The position numbers were made by a program, and so were the translations under genes. Below are positions 46,072 through 57,682 of a stretch of 64,000 nt of DNA, one piece after another (the stretch's first letter is position 1; every line of letters starts with the position of its first letter). The notes beneath the pieces are model-generated. The model had not been told where the DNA came from, searched no databases, and was given only the letters and a program-made list of their open reading frames with translations. Source of the stretch: an uncultured Bacillota bacterium (GTDB lineage Bacteria; Bacillota; DTU025; MWDF01); assembly GCA_963823655.1 (NCBI GenBank), contig CAWGMK010000013.1, positions 160,001 to 224,000 on the forward strand, written 5' to 3'.

Positions 46072-48708
46072 ATGGAAAAGATGGTATATTTCTTCGGCGC
46101 AGGGCTTACTGAAGGATCCGAAGAGATGAGGAACCAATTAGGCGGCAAAGGCTGCAACTTAGCCGGAATGGCAAAACTGGGTCTGCCTGTGCCTCCAGGC
46201 TTCACTATCACAACTGACACATGCAATGCCTACTACGCCTCTGGCGCGAAATGGCCCGAAGGCCTTATCGACCAGGTCAAAGAGAACCTTACTAAACTTG
46301 AGGGCGTAACTGGAAAGAAGCTCGGCTCAAAGGAGAACCCGCTGCTTGTTAGCGTGCGTTCCGGCGCCAGGGCATCCATGCCCGGCATGATGGACACGAT
46401 TCTTAACCTTGGCCTCACTGCTGATACCGTGAAAGCTATGGTTAAGCTGACAGGCAATCCCAGGTTCGCCTATGACAGCTACAGGCGCTTCATTGAGATG
46501 TATTCGGACGTAGTCATGGGAGTAGACCGCCAGAACTTCGAGCATGCGATGGAGGAGCTTAAGCACAAGAAGGGCGTTAAGCTTGACACAGAGCTTGATG
46601 CGGCCGACATGGAGAACCTGACTGCCGAATACAAGGCGATCTACAAGAAGCATTTGGGCGCTGACTTCCCGGAGGAGCCCTGGGTGCAGCTTGAGGGCGC
46701 AATCAACGCTGTGTTCAGCTCCTGGAACAACCAGAGGGCGATAACATACAGGAAGTTAAACGGCATCCCTGGCGAGTGGGGAACAGCAGTCAATGTGCAG
46801 TCGATGGTCTTCGGAAACACCGGAGACGAGTCGGGCACAGGCGTTGCCTTCACGAGAAACCCCTCGACAGGAGAGAACAAGTTCTACGGCGAGTACTTAA
46901 TGAACGCACAGGGCGAAGACGTCGTCGCCGGCATCCGTACGCCTCATCCGATAGCGGACCTGGAAAGGGATATGCCGGACGTATATGCCCAGCTTGTAGC
47001 GATATATAAGAAGCTTGAGAACCATTACAAGGATATGCAGGACATAGAGTTCACCATAGAAAACAGGAAGCTCTACATGCTGCAGACCCGCTCGGGCAAG
47101 CGCACAGGAGCCGCAGCTGTTAAGATCGCCGTAGACATGGTCCATGACGGTTTGATCGATGAGAAAACGGCTATCTTAAGAGTAGCCCCGTCGGCGCTCG
47201 ACCAGCTGCTTCACCCGATGATAGACCCCAAAACCAAGGTAGACGCCGTGGCTAAGGGCCTTCCCGCATCCCCCGGCGCTGCAGTCGGCAAAGTAGTTTT
47301 CAACGCTGAAGACGCTGTCGAATGGTCCGAGAGGGGCGAGAAAGTAGTCCTCGTCCGCACCGAGACTTCTCCTGAGGACATTTCCGGTATGGATGCCGCA
47401 CAGGGCATACTTACTGCAAGGGGCGGTATGACATCACACGCTGCAGTAGTTGCCCGCGGCATGGGCAAATGCTGCGTAGCCGGATGTGGCGATGTACTTG
47501 TCAACGAGAAGAAGAAGGAATTCACTGTAAACGGCCATGTTGTCAAAGAAGGCGACTGGATTACCATAAACGGCAGCACTGGCCAACTGATACTCGGCCA
47601 GGTGCCGCTCGTATCGCCTGAGCTTTCCGGAGACTTCGGCATCCTTATGGGTTGGGCCGACAAGTTCCGTGCCCTCAAAGTAAGAACAAATGCGGACACA
47701 CCCAAGGACGCGGCCCAGGCAAGGTCATTCGGGGCAGAGGGCATAGGCCTCACAAGGACAGAGCATATGTTCTTCGCCGAAGATCGCATCAAGGCAGTAC
47801 GCGAGATGATCCTGGCGGACAATGTTGCCGATAGGAAGACCGCACTTGCCAAAGTACAGCCGTACCAGAAAGAGGACTTCATAGGGATATTCGAGGCCAT
47901 GCAGGGCCTGCCTGTAACAATCAGGCTCCTGGACCCGCCCCTTCACGAGTTCCTTCCGCAGCCGGACATGCACAGACAGATCGAGGAGTTGGCCCATGAG
48001 CTTGGAGTCTCCTCGCAGAAGATAGTAAACAGGATCGAAGCGCTCCATGAGCTGAACCCCATGCTGGGCTTCCGCGGCTGCCGACTCGGTGTAGTATATC
48101 CCGAGATCTTCGACATGCAGATAACGGCTATATTCGAGGCCGCCTGCGAGATGAAGAAGAAGGGCCTGGATGTCATACCCGAAGTCATGTTCCCGCTCGT
48201 GGGAACGACACAAGAGATGAAGATGCTCAAGGATTCGGCAGTGAAGCTTGCTGACGAGATTATCAAGAAGTACGCAGTAAAGCTCGAATACCTTATGGGC
48301 ACCATGATAGAGATCCCCAGGGCCGCAGTTATAGCGGACTTGATCGCTAAGGACGCCGAGTTCTTCAGCTTCGGCACCAACGACTTGACCCAGATGACCT
48401 TCGGCTACAGCCGCGACGATGCCGGCAAGTTCCTTCCCGTCTATGTAGACAAGAAGGTACTCAAGGCTGACCCGTTCCAGACCATAGACACAGAGGGAGT
48501 TGGCAAGCTGGTCGACATGGCAGTTAAACTGGGCCGTTCGACGAGGCCCACGCTCAAGTGCGGTGTCTGCGGCGAGCACGGCGGAGATCCGGATTTAGTC
48601 GAATTCTTCCATGGAGTAGGGCTGAACTACGTTTCATGCTCGCCCTTCAGGGTACCGATCGCCCGCCTTGCGGCGGCACAGGCCAACCTGAAGAACCCCA
48701 GGAAATAG
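46072..48708 (+). CDS. ppdK: Pyruvate phosphate dikinase
   Basis: LGGKG.NL, SVRSGA..SMPGMMDT, GGMTSHAAVVARG, EFFSFGTNDLTQ, CGEHGGDP. Confidence 0.99.
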   Translation: MEKMVYFFGAGLTEGSEEMRNQLGGKGCNLAGMAKLGLPVPPGFTITTDTCNAYYASGAKWPEGLIDQVKENLTKLEGVTGKKLGSKENPLLVSVRSGARASMPGMMDTILNLGLTADTVKAMVKLTGNPRFAYDSYRRFIEMYSDVVMGVDRQNFEHAMEELKHKKGVKLDTELDAADMENLTAEYKAIYKKHLGADFPEEPWVQLEGAINAVFSSWNNQRAITYRKLNGIPGEWGTAVNVQSMVFGNTGDESGTGVAFTRNPSTGENKFYGEYLMNAQGEDVVAGIRTPHPIADLERDMPDVYAQLVAIYKKLENHYKDMQDIEFTIENRKLYMLQTRSGKRTGAAAVKIAVDMVHDGLIDEKTAILRVAPSALDQLLHPMIDPKTKVDAVAKGLPASPGAAVGKVVFNAEDAVEWSERGEKVVLVRTETSPEDISGMDAAQGILTARGGMTSHAAVVARGMGKCCVAGCGDVLVNEKKKEFTVNGHVVKEGDWITINGSTGQLILGQVPLVSPELSGDFGILMGWADKFRALKVRTNADTPKDAAQARSFGAEGIGLTRTEHMFFAEDRIKAVREMILADNVADRKTALAKVQPYQKEDFIGIFEAMQGLPVTIRLLDPPLHEFLPQPDMHRQIEELAHELGVSSQKIVNRIEALHELNPMLGFRGCRLGVVYPEIFDMQITAIFEAACEMKKKGLDVIPEVMFPLVGTTQEMKMLKDSAVKLADEIIKKYAVKLEYLMGTMIEIPRAAVIADLIAKDAEFFSFGTNDLTQMTFGYSRDDAGKFLPVYVDKKVLKADPFQTIDTEGVGKLVDMAVKLGRSTRPTLKCGVCGEHGGDPDLVEFFHGVGLNYVSCSPFRVPIARLAAAQANLKNPRK

Positions 48709-48725
48709 CAAGGTCGCTAAGAACG

Positions 48726-48762
48726 GCCGGGGGGCAGCTTATACTGCTCCCCGGTTTTATTT
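48726..48762 (+). terminator. Terminator after ppdK
   Basis: CCGGGG(GG)CAG...CTG(CT)CCCCGG followed by TTTTATTT. Confidence 0.75.
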
Positions 48763-48837
48763 GCGCCCCGTTGGATGCCAATGGAGGAACAAACAGCACC
48801 CTTCGAGAAATGTATAGTAAAGCGGAGGTGTGTTTAC

Positions 48838-49872
48838 ATGGAATATCGGCTTGCCATTGAGCTAAGGGAGAGGAAAGTCCTTTCCCAGTATGCAGCGTTC
48901 GCGGATTCAAGCAGGGGCAGGCAGTATCCCGAAGAGGAGGACGAGATCAGGACCTGCTACCAAAGGGACAGGGACAGGATCGTCCATTGCAAGGCCTTCA
49001 GGCGGCTGAAGCACAAAACGCAAGTATTCTACTCGCCTGAGGGGGACCATTACCGGACAAGGCTGACGCATACCCTGGAGGTATCTCAAATCGCCCGCAC
49101 GATAGCCTCGGCGCTTGCCTTAAACGAGAGTCTGACGGAGGCAATTGCGCTCGGGCATGACCTGGGGCATACTCCCTTCGGGCATGCCGGGGAGGCCGCT
49201 TTGAATACAGTAGTGCATGGAGGGTTCATGCACAATGTACAAAGCCTCAGGGTGGTTGATAGCGTTGAGAAGAGGGAAGGAAGGGATACACCGGGCCTTA
49301 ACCTCTCCTGGGAAGTGCGAGACGGGATACTTGCCCACAGCTGGGCATGGGAGCCCAGGGCGTCCACTCTGGAGGGGCAGCTTGTGATGTTCGCGGACAA
49401 GATAGCCTATATCAACCATGACTTCGACGATGCAGTAAGAGCGGGCGTTGTAAGCGAGGCCGATGTGCCGAAGGAAGCGAAGCTGCTTCTTGGCGAAGAC
49501 AGAAGGGCGAGGCTCAACACGCTCGTCATGGATATAATCCGCGAAAGCGACGGCAAGGGAGCGATCCTGCAAAGCAAGGATGCCGAGTTCGGACTTAACG
49601 TAATCAGGGATTTCATGTTTGAGAAGGTGTACAACAGCACGGGGATGATCAAAGAGGAGACCGAGCGCTGCAAAAGGCTAGTCATCCAGCTGTTCATGTA
49701 CTACACGAACTTCCCGGAGCAGCTGAGGCAGGACTCGGGCTACAGCTTCGATGAAGCAGATAAACACGCTGTGACAAGGGCCGCCGTTGACTATGTTGCG
49801 GGGATGACTGACAGGTATGCCGTGATGGTGTTCTCGAAGATCTTCGTCCCGAGGCCCTGGCAGATATATTAG
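48838..49872 (+). CDS. dgt: dGTP triphosphohydrolase-like HD protein
   Basis: RDRDRI.H.KAFRRL.HKTQV, RTRLTHTLEV, GHDLGHTPFGHAGE, DYVAGMTD. Confidence 0.95.
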   Translation: MEYRLAIELRERKVLSQYAAFADSSRGRQYPEEEDEIRTCYQRDRDRIVHCKAFRRLKHKTQVFYSPEGDHYRTRLTHTLEVSQIARTIASALALNESLTEAIALGHDLGHTPFGHAGEAALNTVVHGGFMHNVQSLRVVDSVEKREGRDTPGLNLSWEVRDGILAHSWAWEPRASTLEGQLVMFADKIAYINHDFDDAVRAGVVSEADVPKEAKLLLGEDRRARLNTLVMDIIRESDGKGAILQSKDAEFGLNVIRDFMFEKVYNSTGMIKEETERCKRLVIQLFMYYTNFPEQLRQDSGYSFDEADKHAVTRAAVDYVAGMTDRYAVMVFSKIFVPRPWQIY

Positions 49873-49908
49873 AGAAATTCTCAAATCATGAGGAAGGGGG
49901 TGGCATGC

Positions 49909-51732
49909 TTGGCGGGCGGAATACCTGATGAGGTAATCGAGCGGATAAGGCAAGGTACCGACATCGTAGGTCTAATATCGGAGTATACAAGCCTTAAGCA
50001 GAACGGCCCCAGGCATGTAGGATTATGCCCCTTCCACAACGAGAAGACGCCCTCCTTCTCTGTAAGCCGGGACAAGCAGCTTTATTACTGCTTCGGCTGC
50101 CATGCATCCGGCAATGCCTTCAGTTTCGTTATGAATATTGAGGGCCTGACTTTCGTGGAGGCTGCAAGGAAGCTGGGTCTGAGAATTGGCATCGACGTTT
50201 CCGAGCATCTTGAGTCGGACGCTGAGAAGGCGAAGAGAAGGTTCAGGGAGTCAATAATCGAGGCATGTGAAGCTGCCTCGAAGTACTATTCCTGGATGCT
50301 TACAGATTCCAAGAATGGCTCAGAGTGCAGGAACTACGTTGAATCAAGGAAAATCGGCAAGGATGAGATTGCGGCTTTCGGGCTGGGTTTCGCCCCCGGA
50401 GGTCCTTCGATGGACAGCCTGACCGCCTACCTTAAGAAAAAGGGCTTCGAGGACCAGGTGCTTTTAGAATCAGGCCTTTCCCTCAAGAAGAAGTACGGGG
50501 TCGGGCTTTACGATTCTTTCCGCGACCGCCTTATGTTTCCGATAAAGAACCCCTACGGCAAGGCCGTGGCATTCGGCGGAAGGACCATCGCTGCGGGCGA
50601 TAAGCGGCCCAAGTATATAAACAGCAAAGAAGGACCCGCCTACTCCAAGCGCGCCAACCTATACAACCTGCACCAGGCGGCAACGGCAGCGAGAGCTGCG
50701 GGGCGGATGATACTCTGTGAGGGTTATCTGGATGTAATCGCGGTTTGGAGCGCAGGTTTTAAAGAAACGGTCGCATCTCTTGGAACAGCGCTTACGGCTG
50801 AGCAGTCCAAATTAATCGCGCGCCATTGCAAGAACGCTTTTCTAAGCTATGATGCGGATACGGCCGGGTCGGCGGCAACAGTCAAGGGAGTTCGCACGCT
50901 GGAGGAAGCAGGCCTCGATGTCAAAGTGGTACTGATGCCCCCTGGCGAGGATCCGGACAGCTTTTTGAGGAAGGCCGGGGCTGACAGACTTAGGGCCTCA
51001 ATTGACGGTGCCGTCAGCTACATAAGATTCCAGGTTGAGTCGGTTGTGGCAGGCTCTAACACAAGCACCAAGGACGGCAAGCTCATCGCCGCAAGAAAGC
51101 TAGTCGAGATAATCGGGAGCAGCTCGGATGCGGTCACAAGAGCGGAGCTTGTTCGCGAGTTTTCAGGAAGGCTGGCGGTCTCACCCGAGGCAATGGCACA
51201 AGATGTGCAGAAAGCAATGGCAAGAAGGGCGAAGCGGACAACGGGTGGAAGTGGGGACGCTCCAAAAGTCGACGACGACACATCATACTTCGAGGCCAGC
51301 GGCTTGTCTTATGCCATCGCCGAAACGGAGAAATCGATACTCGGCCTGTGCGCAAAGAGCCCGGAATCGTTAAAGTTAGTTTCACAGAGATTGCCTGAAG
51401 GATTTGAAGCCGATGGTAGCGAAGAAATATACAAAGCAATGCTGTCGCTTTGGGATGACGGTAAAGCCATAGATGAGAGGCTCCTGCCGCTACTTGAAGG
51501 CAAACACAGGGAAATGGCAGCAAAGATGCTATTTGAAGGCGAACGGGCTTTCGAAGACATTGCGAAGGCAATAGATGCCCTGATAGCTATTAAGATGCGA
51601 AGAAGGCTCAGGGACATAGATATTTGCATAAGGAAGGCGGATGCCGAAGGCAAGGTCGAGGAATTGGCGCCGCTGCAAAGAGAACAGAAGGAGCTAAGGG
51701 ATAAATTGGGAAATAGGACGGCGTTATACTGA
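49909..51732 (+). CDS. dnaG: DNA primase
   Basis: [13 protein letters not shown] zinc finger, [30 protein letters not shown]. Confidence 0.97.
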   Translation: MAGGIPDEVIERIRQGTDIVGLISEYTSLKQNGPRHVGLCPFHNEKTPSFSVSRDKQLYYCFGCHASGNAFSFVMNIEGLTFVEAARKLGLRIGIDVSEHLESDAEKAKRRFRESIIEACEAASKYYSWMLTDSKNGSECRNYVESRKIGKDEIAAFGLGFAPGGPSMDSLTAYLKKKGFEDQVLLESGLSLKKKYGVGLYDSFRDRLMFPIKNPYGKAVAFGGRTIAAGDKRPKYINSKEGPAYSKRANLYNLHQAATAARAAGRMILCEGYLDVIAVWSAGFKETVASLGTALTAEQSKLIARHCKNAFLSYDADTAGSAATVKGVRTLEEAGLDVKVVLMPPGEDPDSFLRKAGADRLRASIDGAVSYIRFQVESVVAGSNTSTKDGKLIAARKLVEIIGSSSDAVTRAELVREFSGRLAVSPEAMAQDVQKAMARRAKRTTGGSGDAPKVDDDTSYFEASGLSYAIAETEKSILGLCAKSPESLKLVSQRLPEGFEADGSEEIYKAMLSLWDDGKAIDERLLPLLEGKHREMAAKMLFEGERAFEDIAKAIDALIAIKMRRRLRDIDICIRKADAEGKVEELAPLQREQKELRDKLGNRTALY

Positions 51733-52908
51733 TGGGAGCCAGAAAGGCCAAGGCGGCAGAGCCTCAGATCGAGAAAGTAGAAGTAGCGGCAGGGGAGACA
51801 ACTATAGACCCTAAGGTCGAAAAGTTGATCGCCCTTGGAAAGCTGCATGGAAGCATAACCTACAAAGACGTACAAGACGCACTGGCAAGCGAGGAGATGT
51901 CGCCTGACCAGATGCAGGACATGTACGACACTTTGGCGGAGAACGGCTTCGAAGTTGAACCGGAGGAAGACCTATCCGGCGCAATAATAACGGACGACGA
52001 GCCAGAGCCTGACATCAATTTAATCGAGCCTGTCGAGGAAGTGGAGCTCGAACTGGCTCTTGTGCCTCCTGAAGGCGCAATAATCGACGACCCGGTGAAG
52101 ATGTACCTGAAGGAAATCGGCAGGGTCTCTTTGCTTACGGGAGAGGAAGAAGTCGAGTTCGCAAAGCGGATAGAGAATAACGACGATGAAGCCAAAAGAA
52201 GGCTGACTGAGGCCAACCTGAGGCTGGTCGTCTCGATAGCAAAGCGCTACGTTGGGCGCGGCATGCTATTTCTTGATCTGATCCAGGAGGGCAACCTGGG
52301 GCTTCTTAAAGCAGTGGAGAAGTTCGACTACAGGAAGGGCTACAAGTTCTCTACTTATGCCACCTGGTGGATAAGGCAGGCCATAACCAGGGCAATCGCG
52401 GACCAGGCAAGGACAATAAGAATACCTGTGCATATGGTCGAGACGATAAATAAGCTGACCAGGATACAAAGGCAGCTTCTGCAGGAGTTGGGAAGAGAAC
52501 CGTCTCCCGATGAAATTGCAGCTCAGATGGGCTTGACTGCCGACAGGGTAAGGGAGATATCGAAGATTGCGCAGGAACCCGTTTCCCTGGAGACTCCTAT
52601 AGGTGAGGAAGAGGACTCCCACCTAGGAGACTTCATTGAGGACCAGGACGCGCCGGCACCTCCTGACGTTGCGTCATTTACGCTGCTGAAGGAGCAGTTG
52701 GGTGAAGTATTGGATTCGCTTTCGCCCAGGGAAAAGGAAGTCCTTAAGGCTTCGTTTCGGGCTTGACGACGGCAAAGCCCGCACTCTTGAAGAAGTCGGC
52801 AAGGAGTTCCAAGTCACCAGAGAGCGCATCAGGCAGATAGAGGCGAAGGCACTCAGGAAGCTCAGGCAGCCAAGCCGCTCGAAAAAGCTGAGGGACTATC
52901 TGGATTAG
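51732..52908 (+). CDS. rpoD: Primary sigma factor SigA/RpoD (frameshift near 52748)
   Basis: [38 protein letters not shown]; region 4 ([16 protein letters not shown]) is in the next frame. Confidence 0.98.
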
Positions 52909-52956
52909 CACTTGACTGCAAGGCACGGCTTGTAGTAATTATATTAATGTACCCGT

Positions 52957-53031
52957 TCCTCGATAGCTCAGCGGTAGAGCAATCGGCTGTTAACCGATGG
53001 GTCGCAGGTTCGAATCCTGCTCGGGGAGCCA
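52957..53031 (+). tRNA. tRNA-Asn(GTT)
   Basis: Cloverleaf with anticodon loop CTGTTAA, T-loop GTTCGAATC and encoded CCA. Confidence 0.96.
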
Positions 53032-53148
53032 TAATTTAGGACTTCCGGTTCTGCTGGGAGTCCTTTCTGTTTGAATTAGCGGCAAAATGTGGCGCAATGA
53101 AGCTTATTACCTGTAAAAAGGCATGATTACAATCTTGAAGAGGTACTT

Positions 53149-54519
53149 ATGCTAAAGGATATGACTCACGGGAGCGAAACGAAGCATATTCTTTCGTTCA
53201 CAATTCCGCTCTTCATAGGCAATGCGTTCCAGCAGGCCTACAACATGGTGGATGCCATAGTTGTTGGCAGGTATATTGGACACAATGCTCTTGCTGCTGT
53301 AGGAACTTCGTTTCCTGTGCTGTACCTAATGATATCCATGGTCCTCGGGCTTACGGTAGGGGCTTCTGTTGTAATTTCACAGCTGTTCGGCGCCAAGGAT
53401 TACAGAAAGCTCAAAAGGGCGATATCGACTTTCATCTTCGTCCTTGTCGGTACAGCCGTCCTCGTCACGATTGCGGGCTTGATTCTCACAAGACCCCTTC
53501 TTATACTGCTTCAGACCCCAAAGGAAGTACTTCCCGATGCAACGGCATATATGCTTGTAACATTCGCAGGGATGATATTCCTTTTCGGCTATAATGCCAT
53601 CTCCGGTGTGCTAAGAGGGCTTGGAGACGCGAAGACCCCGCTATATTTCCTTATAGTCTCCTCACTTCTGAATATCTACCTGGACATACTCTTTGTAACA
53701 AAGTTCAAGCTGGGAGTAGCAGGAGTAGCTTATGCCACGATGATCTCGCAGGCGCTCTCAATGCTTCTTTGCGTCATTTACGCTTACTCAAGGATTGAGC
53801 TATTTCATTTCGGAAGGCGCGATTGGGTATTCGACAAGGCGATATTCCTATCAACTCTCAGGCTGGGCATACCGGCTTCCATCCAGCAGATGCTGACATC
53901 GGCCGGAATGATGATCATGCAGGGATTTGTTAACTATTTCGGCTCGATTACAATGGCAGCTTTCACTGCCGCCAGCAGAGTAGATTCAATCGCTGTCATG
54001 CCGATACAGAGCTTTGGCCTGGCAATAACCACGTTTACTGCGCAAAACGTCGGGGCAAACAGGCTCGACAGGGTGAGGAAGGCCTTCAAATCCACCATCC
54101 TCATGGTGCTGGCGACAAGTTTCGCAGCGGCATTGATAATGATATTCTTCGGAAAGAACCTCATAGGCCTTTTTATTAGCGCAAATGAACCGGATGTCGT
54201 GATACGAGGCGGAGAGTATCTGCTTATCGTCTCGCTTTTCTACATTCTTGCCGGCATTATGTTTACGACTTCAGGCATGCTCAGGGGGGCGGGGGATATG
54301 ATACCGTCCTCGGTCTCTACTCTTGTATCACTATTCATAAGAATTGCCGCCACCTGGGCATTGTCGCTATATACGCCGCTCGGGTATAGGGGAATATGGT
54401 GGTCCATACCGATCGGGTGGTTCTTCGGCATGATAGTTGCCATCTACAGGTACCGCCAGGGAGGGTGGCAGGGCAAGAGGATAGTTTCTAAACTTGAAGC
54501 CAAGGGCCCGATATATTAA
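53149..54519 (+). CDS. MATE family efflux transporter
   Basis: Q..YNMVD...VG, RGLGDAKTPL, N..LD, QNVGA; ~12 hydrophobic segments. Confidence 0.93.
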   Translation: MLKDMTHGSETKHILSFTIPLFIGNAFQQAYNMVDAIVVGRYIGHNALAAVGTSFPVLYLMISMVLGLTVGASVVISQLFGAKDYRKLKRAISTFIFVLVGTAVLVTIAGLILTRPLLILLQTPKEVLPDATAYMLVTFAGMIFLFGYNAISGVLRGLGDAKTPLYFLIVSSLLNIYLDILFVTKFKLGVAGVAYATMISQALSMLLCVIYAYSRIELFHFGRRDWVFDKAIFLSTLRLGIPASIQQMLTSAGMMIMQGFVNYFGSITMAAFTAASRVDSIAVMPIQSFGLAITTFTAQNVGANRLDRVRKAFKSTILMVLATSFAAALIMIFFGKNLIGLFISANEPDVVIRGGEYLLIVSLFYILAGIMFTTSGMLRGAGDMIPSSVSTLVSLFIRIAATWALSLYTPLGYRGIWWSIPIGWFFGMIVAIYRYRQGGWQGKRIVSKLEAKGPIY

Positions 54520-54521
54520 AA

Positions 54522-54545
54522 GATGATAGCCGTACGGCTATCATC
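54522..54545. terminator. Bidirectional terminator between MATE and glpK
   Basis: GATGATAGCCGTACGGCTATCATC palindrome. Confidence 0.75.
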
Positions 54546-54576
54546 TCATTTTGAATACATCATTTGGTTTTCGATC

Positions 54577-56076
<1,500 letters not shown>

Positions 56077-56089
56077 GGTGCATGCCTCC

Positions 56090-56914
56090 TTAGGAGAGAT
56101 TAGAGTTGATGAAGGTTATTATTCCTTTCATGAGAGGAGCGAAGCAGCAAGGCTCATTATGTAGCTCATGTGAGCCTTCCATCTCCAGGTAAATTCCCTT
56201 ATTACCTGCAATCCCGCCGAGCTTCCTTGATCCTTCGATGCTGACAATCCCGTCGTTCTTTCCATGGGCAAGGAATAGGGGGAAGGTAATTCCGTCGCTG
56301 TCTAGAACCTGTTCGGCAGAATCAATTGCATCAATTGCCGTGGCTGTCGATATCATGCCGTGTACTAGAGGATCATTTTTGTAGCTGTCCACGACCTGCT
56401 TATCGGAGCTTAGCAGCGAGGCATCTAGCTTGGTCGGAAGGGTGAAAGAGGGGAAGACCGAATTGAGTATCCTTGATACCGAAATCAGCGCGGCAGGCTT
56501 CTTATCCACCAGCTCAAGCCAAGGGGATGTTATCACGAAGCCTTTAGTTACCGATTTGGAGTTCATCATCTTTGAGAGAGCGATTCCGCCTCCTAAGCTG
56601 TGCCCATATATGAAAAGGGGGATATCGCCTATGGTTTCCCTGGCGCGGCATATCAGTGCGTCGATATCTTCTATCGTTGTCTTGAAGGAGCCAATGTGTC
56701 CTCTTTTTCCGCTGCTCTCACCATGGCCTCTGAGATCGAACGAGTAGACTGCGAAACCGCCTTCATTGAGGGCTGCCGCTACTTTACCATATCTTGCGGC
56801 ATGTTCCCCGATGCCGTGCACAATAAGGACTAATGCTGAACTCTTCTTGGGAAGCCAGCAGTGGCAGGACAGGATAACGCCGCGCTCTCTTTCGATGGTG
56901 AATTTGCTGTGCAT
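56090..56914 (-). CDS. Lysophospholipase/monoacylglycerol lipase (alpha/beta hydrolase)
   Basis: HGIGEH..RY, DLRGHG.S, GHSLGG nucleophile motif, HELHNE. Confidence 0.9.
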   Translation of the reverse strand: MHSKFTIERERGVILSCHCWLPKKSSALVLIVHGIGEHAARYGKVAAALNEGGFAVYSFDLRGHGESSGKRGHIGSFKTTIEDIDALICRARETIGDIPLFIYGHSLGGGIALSKMMNSKSVTKGFVITSPWLELVDKKPAALISVSRILNSVFPSFTLPTKLDASLLSSDKQVVDSYKNDPLVHGMISTATAIDAIDSAEQVLDSDGITFPLFLAHGKNDGIVSIEGSRKLGGIAGNKGIYLEMEGSHELHNEPCCFAPLMKGIITFINSNLS

Positions 56915-56976
56915 AATCTCACTCCTTCATGAAGCATATATTGTTAATCTTATCCCAAATTCGGGCAGGAGGCAGC

Positions 56977-57009
56977 AAAAAACAAGGAGGGCGGAAACCG
57001 CCCTCCTTG
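56977..57009 (-). terminator. Terminator of the riboswitch-controlled gene
   Basis: CAAGGAGGGCGG-AAA-CCGCCCTCCTTG with a U-run on the minus strand. Confidence 0.8.
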
Positions 57010-57031
57010 CAATGAAGAGGAATAGTGCTTT

Positions 57032-57392
57032 CTACCAGAGTACGTGGATTGGGTCGACTCGATAGTTTCGTCCGCCAACTACCACAGTATATCCACTCAT
57101 GCACCAGAGTCGAGGCCTTTATTCTCGGCCCACTCCATGGCCTTTTTACGAGTCGCTCCCGCTGTGAAGAAGAGGTCCATGCGAATTGCATAGTATACTC
57201 ATCCTGATCTCCGATTAGCTAGTGCTACGTCTGCCTTCTCAATTGCCTTGTCTATAAGATGTTGTATCCGCTTGTTTACGCTCTCTACGTAATTGATATC
57301 TTCCTCATACCTACGTTGGCAAGCGCCGGGACAGACATGGAGAGGGCGAGAAGAACTGCAAGAATCAAGCCGGATGCAAAAATCTTCCTCAT
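57032..57392 (-). CDS. Small secreted protein (~120 aa, reconstructed over several frameshifts) ending VVVGGRNYRVDPIHVLW
   Basis: SD AAGGAG, signal peptide MRKIF..VPALA, helical segment VNKRIQHLIDKAIEKAD; own terminator. Confidence 0.6.
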
Positions 57393-57438
57393 ACTTTCTC
57401 CTTCTTTCCAGGTCTTGGCCCTACCTATCACCGGTCCC

Positions 57439-57595
57439 AAATAAAAACGACCAATGTATCCCATACATCGGCCGCCATGATCCCGGAGAGGCACGTAGTG
57501 TCCTTCTTTCGGTAACTGGCAGCCATGAGCTTTCGCTTTTAGGCCCTAAAGCTTTGCGTCCCTGGCTTTCGCCAGGTTTGCTATTGTCGGTGAAG
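57439..57595 (-). ncRNA. GEMM-I (c-di-GMP-I class) riboswitch, A20 variant, with terminator expression platform
   Basis: CCGACAAUAGCAAACCUGGCGAAAGCCAGGGACGCAAAGC...CUAA...AUGG..GCCAGUUACCGAA; downstream hairpin CGGCCGAUGUAU/AUACAUUGGUCG plus U-run. Confidence 0.92.
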
Positions 57596-57641
57596 GTATA
57601 AAGCCCAACCTATTAATATTATGCGTCTAACGCACAATTCG

Positions 57642-57670
57642 AGTATAATCTAACATTTCCGCGTTTTCAA
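57642..57670 (-). promoter_or_regulatory. SigA promoter of the riboswitch transcript
   Basis: TTGAAA-N17-TATACT on the minus strand. Confidence 0.75.
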
Positions 57671-57682
57671 TATGCAATCGGA

